The notes under the pieces are model-generated. The model was not told the origin of the DNA. It made no database searches and saw only the letters and a list, made by a program, of their open reading frames with translations. This document shows positions 61,746 to 64,000 of a stretch of 64,000 bases of DNA, piece after piece (within the stretch, counting starts at the first letter, position 1; every line of letters starts with the position of its first letter). The DNA lies in assembly GCA_000432575.1 (NCBI GenBank), contig HF996829.1:35272-99271 (forward strand), read 5' to 3'. Source of the DNA: Clostridium sp. CAG:762 (GTDB taxonomy: Bacteria > Bacillota_I > Bacilli_A > RF39 > UBA660). The translations under genes were made by a program, and so were the position numbers.

Positions 61746-62169
61746 TTTCTATTATTTTTTCATATTTGACATTGCCATGAATACGACTTAGTTTTGATTT
61801 TTCTTCACCATTTGTGATAAATACTGTTGTAGGTGTCGAACCTTGATAATCTATATAACTTGAAAATGAGTTGCTTTCGTCTGCAGTGAAATTATCAGTA
61901 TTAACATAATATACTTTTATTTTATATTTTTTAGCAATGTCTTCTACTTTAGGTAAATATAACTGACAATATGGACATTTTGTTTTGCTTACTACTAGGA
62001 TGAAACTATCTTTGTTTTTCCATTTATTAAAGAATGTTTGATAATCTATTTCTTCTACTCTATGATTTTCGTAAAAGTAATAGAATCCCAAAGTTATTAA
62101 TACTAAGATAAAAATTATAAATGAAATAATAATTTTTTTACTATTTGTTTTTTTGTTTTTTTTATTCAT
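61717..62169 (-). CDS. Membrane-anchored thioredoxin-like protein (CxxC)
   Basis: N-terminal TM helix; SKTKCPYCQ active-site motif. Confidence 0.6.
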   Translation of the reverse strand: MNKKNKKTNSKKIIISFIIFILVLITLGFYYFYENHRVEEIDYQTFFNKWKNKDSFILVVSKTKCPYCQLYLPKVEDIAKKYKIKVYYVNTDNFTADESNSFSSYIDYQGSTPTTVFITNGEEKSKLSRIHGNVKYEKIIEKFKKAGYIK

Positions 62170-62269
62170 ATAAACACCTCATTATAATAATAACATTTTT
62201 TTTAATAAAATGCTAGATTATATTTTAATTTTTTGGTACAATTATTTTGAATATGGGAATTGTGATTAT

Positions 62270-63424
62270 ATGAAGAAGATATATATTTTTATTGTTTTGT
62301 TGCTTGTTTTATGTTTTATTTCTTTTTATTTCTTTTTTAATAGGGAGAAATCTTTTTCTATGGTTATGGCTGGTGATGCACTTATAACAGATAGTATTTT
62401 GAAGGATGCTTATGTTAAGAGTACTAATAATTATCAGTTTTCTAAGATGTTTAAGTACGTTTATGAGTATATTAAAGATTATGATTTAAGATATTATAAT
62501 CAGGAGACTCCAATAAGTGGTAATAGTTTGGGGTATTCCGGTATTATATGTTATAATACTCCTAGTAATTTTGCTATAGATATGATGAATATGGGTTTTA
62601 ATATGATAAGTCTTGCAACGAATCATGTTATGGATGGTAGATTAGTGATTAAGAATGAAAATGATTATTATTGTGATAAGAATGAGGAAGGTATTATAAA
62701 TAATATTAATTTTTTCAAGAGATTTGATAAGGTTTATACTTCAGGAATATATGATAGTAATGAAGATAGGGATAGGATAGTTATTAAAAAAAAGAATGGA
62801 ATTTCTTATACTTTTTTGAATTATACTTATGGTACTAATATGGATGGTATTATTGATTACGATCCCTATTTAGTGAATATATATTCTAATGAAAAGGCTA
62901 AGCAGGATATTGAGAAAGTGCGTGATAAGGTAGATGTGATTTTCGTGGCTATGCATTGGGGAGAGGAGAATAATCCTATTCCTACAGAAGAACAGAAGAA
63001 AATAGCTTCTTATTTATCTAAATTAGGGGTTAATGTTATAATAGGAACACATCCACATGTAGTTCAACCTATTGAATGGATTGATAATACTTTGGTAATA
63101 TATTCTTTGGGTAATTTAATTACAGCTCAGAGCGAAGAGTATGATTATAGTAGATTAGTGGGAATGATGGTTGATTTAAAAATAAGTAAGAAGGGTAATA
63201 AGATAATTATTAGTAATCCTAGATGTGAACTTACATATAGTTATTTTAATGTTGTTAATAATAGAAAAACTAATTTTGAAGTTATACCTTATAGTTATAT
63301 GAAAGAGGGTAACAGTAAGTATCTTAGATTATATGAAAAAGTCAGTAAAATTATTAGATTGTATGATAAAAGTATAGAAATAAATAAACTGGGTACTAAG
63401 AGTGTTGATACTGAGATAAATTAA
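62270..63424 (+). CDS. CapA-family metallophosphatase (poly-gamma-glutamate/capsule biosynthesis protein CapA-like)
   Basis: VFVAMHWGEEN, GTHPHVVQPIEW. Start at MKKIYIF (track ORF from 62210). Confidence 0.75.
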   Translation: MKKIYIFIVLLLVLCFISFYFFFNREKSFSMVMAGDALITDSILKDAYVKSTNNYQFSKMFKYVYEYIKDYDLRYYNQETPISGNSLGYSGIICYNTPSNFAIDMMNMGFNMISLATNHVMDGRLVIKNENDYYCDKNEEGIINNINFFKRFDKVYTSGIYDSNEDRDRIVIKKKNGISYTFLNYTYGTNMDGIIDYDPYLVNIYSNEKAKQDIEKVRDKVDVIFVAMHWGEENNPIPTEEQKKIASYLSKLGVNVIIGTHPHVVQPIEWIDNTLVIYSLGNLITAQSEEYDYSRLVGMMVDLKISKKGNKIIISNPRCELTYSYFNVVNNRKTNFEVIPYSYMKEGNSKYLRLYEKVSKIIRLYDKSIEINKLGTKSVDTEIN

Positions 63425-63443
63425 AAGAAGGATGATTACCTTC

Positions 63444-63704
63444 TTATCCACATTCACAGTTAATATTTTTATACTTTTCTCTTTGTTCTTCTGTATATTT
63501 TAATACTTCTTCCCAGTTACTGTCATATTCATAGTCATATTGATACTCTTTTTCATCACTTTTGGTTATGCTTTTATTATTTGAATTAAAATGACTGAAT
63601 ATTACACCTGTGATTGCTCCTACTAATAAGATTGGAAAAGTACATAGTAATACTACTTTTGATTTTCCTTTTGTTTTTTTATCTAATTCTTTTTTTAAAG
63701 CCAT
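63444..63704 (-). CDS. Small membrane protein (86 aa)
   Basis: One TM helix and a C-terminal CECG. Confidence 0.35.
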   Translation of the reverse strand: MALKKELDKKTKGKSKVVLLCTFPILLVGAITGVIFSHFNSNNKSITKSDEKEYQYDYEYDSNWEEVLKYTEEQREKYKNINCECG

Positions 63705-63805
63705 ATTTTATCCTCCTATAATTGATTTAATTATATATCTTAAAAAAAGAATTGTCAATCATAAAAAAAGATGATATAATTATATTATAGTAAAGGGTGT
63801 CAAAT

Positions 63806-64000
63806 ATGAGAAATGTTAGGATGTTATATTTTTTGCTTTTTATTATAGGTATTTTTTTAGTTATTTGTGTTTTTTACTGTAAAAAAGATGTTAATGTATG
63901 TAATAAACCTACTATAATGGAGGGGATGATACCAGTTTACTATGATAATGTAAATAAAGTGTGGAGAAAAACAAATGAAAACAATGATGGTAATAAGTGG
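63806..64000 (+). CDS. Hypothetical membrane-anchored protein, 5' part (runs off the window)
   Basis: MRNVRMLYFLLFIIGIFLVICVFY.. with no stop in the window. Confidence 0.3.
   Translation, partial: MRNVRMLYFLLFIIGIFLVICVFYCKKDVNVCNKPTIMEGMIPVYYDNVNKVWRKTNENNDGNKW

Noticed and set aside
1-64000. Alternative genetic code (TGA = Trp, Mollicutes-like), given the extreme AT content
   Set aside because: rpoB, rpoC, nifJ and metG are full length with no need for TGA read-through, and the genes end at ordinary stops. The standard code fits.

Overview
This 64-kb window comes from a very AT-rich Firmicute that uses the standard genetic code. Long genes such as rpoB, rpoC, nifJ and metG are intact with ordinary stop codons. 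Several sporulation-type genes are present (yabP, yabQ, spoVT, a mother-cell-lysis-type Amidase_3/LysM amidase), so the host is probably a spore-former.

The right half (about 47.9-59.2 kb) is the conserved housekeeping cluster secE-nusG-rplK-rplA-(L10 leader)-rplJ-rplL-ybxB-rpoB-rpoC. It is followed by unknown ORFs rather than the usual rpsL-rpsG-fusA, then trmL, a thioredoxin-like gene and capA.

The middle (about 26.6-47.6 kb) carries core metabolism and cell-envelope genes: ksgA, yabE-like, tatD, metG, dut, spoVT, queH, an HtrA-type protease, a 1127-aa pyruvate:ferredoxin oxidoreductase, two tandem putative VUT-family transporters, an XRE-S24 repressor and RNase J. Within it, two identical 43-bp IS3-family terminal-repeat copies and a transposase remnant are scattered.

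The most striking feature is in the left third. A sporulation-type N-acetylmuramoyl-L-alanine amidase gene (Amidase_3 plus four LysM repeats) is split into an N-terminal piece (25920..26200, minus strand) and a C-terminal piece (5463..6410, minus strand) by a roughly 19.5-kb insert (about 6411..25919). The insert ends in imperfect inverted repeats (GATAGTCA..TGTAAC) abutting a shared CCACC core.

The insert is composite. Inside it, a Bro-N/DinD-like gene is itself split (N part 15972..16283, frameshifted C part 7652..8194) by a nested element of about 7.8 kb. That nested element has its own large serine recombinase at one terminus, a MobV (Mob/Pre) relaxase, a replisome-organizer-like HTH protein, an XRE/wHTH switch and an unknown 382-aa cargo gene.

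The outer element carries a second large serine recombinase, a TnpV-family gene at its right end (reminiscent of the Tn4451 family) and a four-gene defence island. The island comprises a PHP-domain/ABC-type ATPase fusion with Ppl-like architecture, a DUF262-HNH GmrSD-like type IV restriction enzyme, an N6-adenine DNA methyltransferase and a GIY-YIG protein.

The arrangement of serine-recombinase elements interrupting a mother-cell-type sporulation gene recalls the skin/sigK and SPbeta/spsM intervening elements, which are excised during sporulation.

No rRNA, tRNA or CRISPR arrays were recognised.
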